Assembly (NCBI GenBank): GCA_944391815.1
Contig: CALXUV010000046.1
Coordinates: 20,195 to 84,194, forward strand
Reading direction: 5' to 3'
From: an uncultured Clostridia bacterium
Lineage (GTDB): Bacteria > Bacillota > Clostridia > Oscillospirales > CAG-272
Length of the DNA: 64,000 nt
Positions 59,813 through 64,000 of this stretch are shown here, piece by piece. Position numbers and translations under genes: made by a program. The first letter of the stretch is position 1; each line of letters opens with the position of its first letter. The notes beneath the pieces are model-generated. The model saw only the letters and a list, made by a program, of their open reading frames with translations. It made no database searches and was not told where the DNA came from.

Positions 59813-59840
59813 AAAATCCGGCAGGCGACTGCCGGATTTT
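59813..59840 (-). terminator. Terminator after dnaK
   Basis: AAAATCCGGCAG-GCGA-CTGCCGGATTTT. Confidence 0.85.
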
Positions 59841-59991
59841 GAATTTTTAATATATTAAGTTATTGTTTAAGGATTAATGAGTGTTACATTAGTAATTACC
59901 GAGTTTTCATCTGACTTTGCTTACCCCCGTCCCTGCATTTTCTGCAAAATAACATTGGGACAAAGGTTACAGAAAAGACAAAACCGAAGAA

Positions 59992-61860
<1,869 letters not shown>

Positions 61861-61932
61861 TTATTTTTCTTAGTTATATTTTTCCGGACAAATCGGAAAT
61901 TTTCTTTCCTTCCGGAATACCGAATTATCGTT

Positions 61933-62523
61933 TCAGTTTGCCACTGAAACCATTACATATCTGAAAACCTTGTCTCCCTTTTTATATCCTTTTCTGAGAA
62001 CATTGGCAACACATCCTGACGCTACTTCCGCACTGTCCTCGCTCATTACCGCATTATGGAAAGCGGGATCGAATTCATCGCCTTTTTCAGTGTGTATTTC
62101 TTCTATACCGAGTTTTTCAAGCACGTCGGTAAACTGTTTCAGAGTCATTCTGACTCCTTCTGTAATTTTATCACCGCTACAACCTGCGGCAATCTCAAGC
62201 GTATCGATTATCGGCAGAATATTTGTAACGGCATCCGAATACGCATCGCCGTAAATGCTTTCTTTTTCCTTTGCGGTACGTTTTCTGAAATTGTCGTACT
62301 CGGCATACAGACGCATATACTTATCTTCGGCTTCCGAAAGACTCTGCTTTAACTTTCCGTTCTCACTTTCAAGTTCGATGACCTTCGCCTCAAGCTCACG
62401 GCAGGCCCCTTTGTGCTTTTTATCCTTCTTTTCCGCTTCTTTTTTTTCTTCGCCGGCGGAGACATTCTCGCTTAACTCCTCAGCATTTTCCGCTGAGCTG
62501 TCTTTTATTTCTTCTTCCGTCAT
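61933..62523 (-). CDS. grpE: Nucleotide exchange factor GrpE
   Basis: R..AEYDNFRKRT, FDPAFHNAV, KGY. Confidence 0.97.
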   Translation of the reverse strand: MTEEEIKDSSAENAEELSENVSAGEEKKEAEKKDKKHKGACRELEAKVIELESENGKLKQSLSEAEDKYMRLYAEYDNFRKRTAKEKESIYGDAYSDAVTNILPIIDTLEIAAGCSGDKITEGVRMTLKQFTDVLEKLGIEEIHTEKGDEFDPAFHNAVMSEDSAEVASGCVANVLRKGYKKGDKVFRYVMVSVAN

Positions 62524-62537
62524 TTTTACACTCCTCT

Positions 62538-63587
62538 CTATTTGCCTTTACTGTCGTTCTTGATTGCTTCCTGTATCTTTCCGCTGATATATTCAACTCC
62601 CGATATGACCTTAGGATAATCCATTCTGTTGGGTCCTATCACTCCTATCGCTGCAACAGGAAGGTTATTTTCGGTGATTGTTTTGAAAACAAGCGAAGTT
62701 CCTTTCAGCTGTGACTGCTCCGACTCCGGACTTATACAGATATTTATTGAATCGTTTTCCGCAGAGGAGACCATTCCGAGAATGTAATCCTTTTTTTCAA
62801 GAACCGAAAGTACGTCTTTCATGCTTTCAAGGCTTGCATACTCCGGATATTTCAGCATTTTGTTCACTCCGTCAATACTGAGTTCTCCGCCGTTCAACGT
62901 TCCGATTTCCTCCATAAAAGCCCGCATCACCGGTACAAGCAGCGGCGCTACCACCGACAGCTCCCTTTCCATTTCGGCAACAAGGGAGGGGGTAACATCT
63001 TCCGTACTGATTCCGGTAAGTTTTTCGTTGAGCGTTTTTTCAAGCTTGAATGATATTTCTTCGCTTACCTTAAAGCCCATCTCAATAAACCTGGTCTTGA
63101 CTATTCCTATTGAAGTACGGATAACCATCAGCACTCCGTAGTCGTTCATCGGCAGCATTTTGAAATTTAGAGCCAGTACTCTTTTGTGACGCGGCTTGAC
63201 TGCAAGAGCTGTATAATCGGTAAATTCGGAAACCGCATGCGCCGCTTTTTTCAGCAGACTGTCAACACTTGCTATCTGAGATGTCTCTGCACTGTCGAGC
63301 AGCTTTATATCTGTTCCGGACAGTGAATATCTGTTCATAAGCGAATTAACGTAAAGGCGGTAACCTTTTCCGGACGGTATTCTGCCCGCCGACGTATGCG
63401 GCTTTTCAAGATAGCCCATCTTTTCAAGCTCGCTCATTACATTTCTTATTGTTGCGCTTGAAAGAGTCACCGGCAACTCAGCCGAGAGCACCTTGGAGCC
63501 GACCGGCTCTCCGCTTTCAATATGAGCGTCAATGATAGCTTTCAGTATCATTTTCTGACGTTCCGAAAGTTCCGTCATTTCTTCCAT
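62538..63587 (-). CDS. hrcA: Heat-inducible repressor HrcA
   Basis: EPVGSK, SSATIRN.M, PHTSAGRIPS..GYR.YV, GVIGP.RMDY. Confidence 0.97.
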   Translation of the reverse strand: MEEMTELSERQKMILKAIIDAHIESGEPVGSKVLSAELPVTLSSATIRNVMSELEKMGYLEKPHTSAGRIPSGKGYRLYVNSLMNRYSLSGTDIKLLDSAETSQIASVDSLLKKAAHAVSEFTDYTALAVKPRHKRVLALNFKMLPMNDYGVLMVIRTSIGIVKTRFIEMGFKVSEEISFKLEKTLNEKLTGISTEDVTPSLVAEMERELSVVAPLLVPVMRAFMEEIGTLNGGELSIDGVNKMLKYPEYASLESMKDVLSVLEKKDYILGMVSSAENDSINICISPESEQSQLKGTSLVFKTITENNLPVAAIGVIGPNRMDYPKVISGVEYISGKIQEAIKNDSKGK

Positions 63588-63609
63588 ACCGAAGCCTCCG
63601 TAATTTATT

Positions 63610-63636
63610 TTAGCACTCTGTGCCCCTAAGTGCTAA
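63610..63636. promoter_or_regulatory. CIRCE operator
   Basis: TTAGCACTC-N9-AAGTGCTAA (1 mismatch to consensus) upstream of hrcA. Confidence 0.93.
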
Positions 63637-63738
63637 CGATTAGATTTTACCATTATTATATGCAGTATTAAACGAATTTCTAAAAACTTTTTGTGAACAT
63701 TATATTAACCGTTTATTCCCGATTTTTCAAAATAACTC

Positions 63739-63767
63739 TTGAAAAACTTTTTTGATCGTGATACAAT
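63739..63767 (+). promoter_or_regulatory. Sigma-A promoter
   Basis: TTGAAA-17-TACAAT with TGn. Confidence 0.6.
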
Positions 63768-63879
63768 AGATATATGTTCGATAATTTGTGTTTACGAAAG
63801 TTTCTGTTTTTTACGGTACTTCTTATGGTGAGAGATAAACCGGAAAATTCGCAGGAACAAAAAAGGGGGCAACTACTTA

Positions 63880-64000
63880 ATGAAAAAGATCACCATTATA
63901 ATCAACGGTAAAGGCGGTGCAGGAAAGGACACAATGTGCGAAATGGCTGCAAAACATTTCAGAACAATGAACGTGTCTTCCATAGACCCGATAAAAAAAA
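63880..64000 (+). CDS. 5' part of a P-loop NTPase/kinase-like protein (truncated by window)
   Basis: MKKITIIINGKGGAGKDT Walker-A-like motif; frame open to the edge. Confidence 0.7.
   Translation, partial: MKKITIIINGKGGAGKDTMCEMAAKHFRTMNVSSIDPIKK

Noticed and set aside
63770-63850. Purine riboswitch in the leader of the last gene
   Set aside because: Only fragments (GATAAT, GTTTCT) match; the three-stem junction could not be built

Overview
Genomic DNA from a Bacillota (Clostridia-like) bacterium, with no rRNA, tRNA, CRISPR array or transposase recognised. (1) 1-25.2 kb is a polymorphic-toxin island. Two ~1,950-aa WapA-like Rhs/YD-repeat genes point away from each other, and each is followed by its own immunity gene and a private array of orphan toxin-tip/immunity cassettes (2 visible on the left, 4 on the right) headed by copies of the parent's Rhs core. 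The left arm also encodes a toxin-less Rhs shell protein and a stand-alone copy of the Rhs N-terminal region. Two right-hand cassettes carry a ~200-bp structured non-coding repeat. (2) 25.4-29.2 kb holds a P1B metal ATPase with a divergent SczA-like TetR regulator and a short GH28. (3) 29.6-44.3 kb is a surface-glycan cluster: manB/pgm, manC, WbdB- and WbdC-like GT4s, wzm/wzt, a WaaL-like ligase, then an MBOAT flanked by two SGNH-like/BspA-LRR proteins. (4) 44.6-64 kb is mostly core genome: a palindromic intergenic repeat with an AT-rich ORFan, a solute-binding protein, floA/nfeD, GH78, smpB, trmK, rbsK, a 4x39-bp tandem array, ruvX, GH92 and hrcA-grpE-dnaK with CIRCE. All family assignments come from motif recognition by eye, with no database searches.
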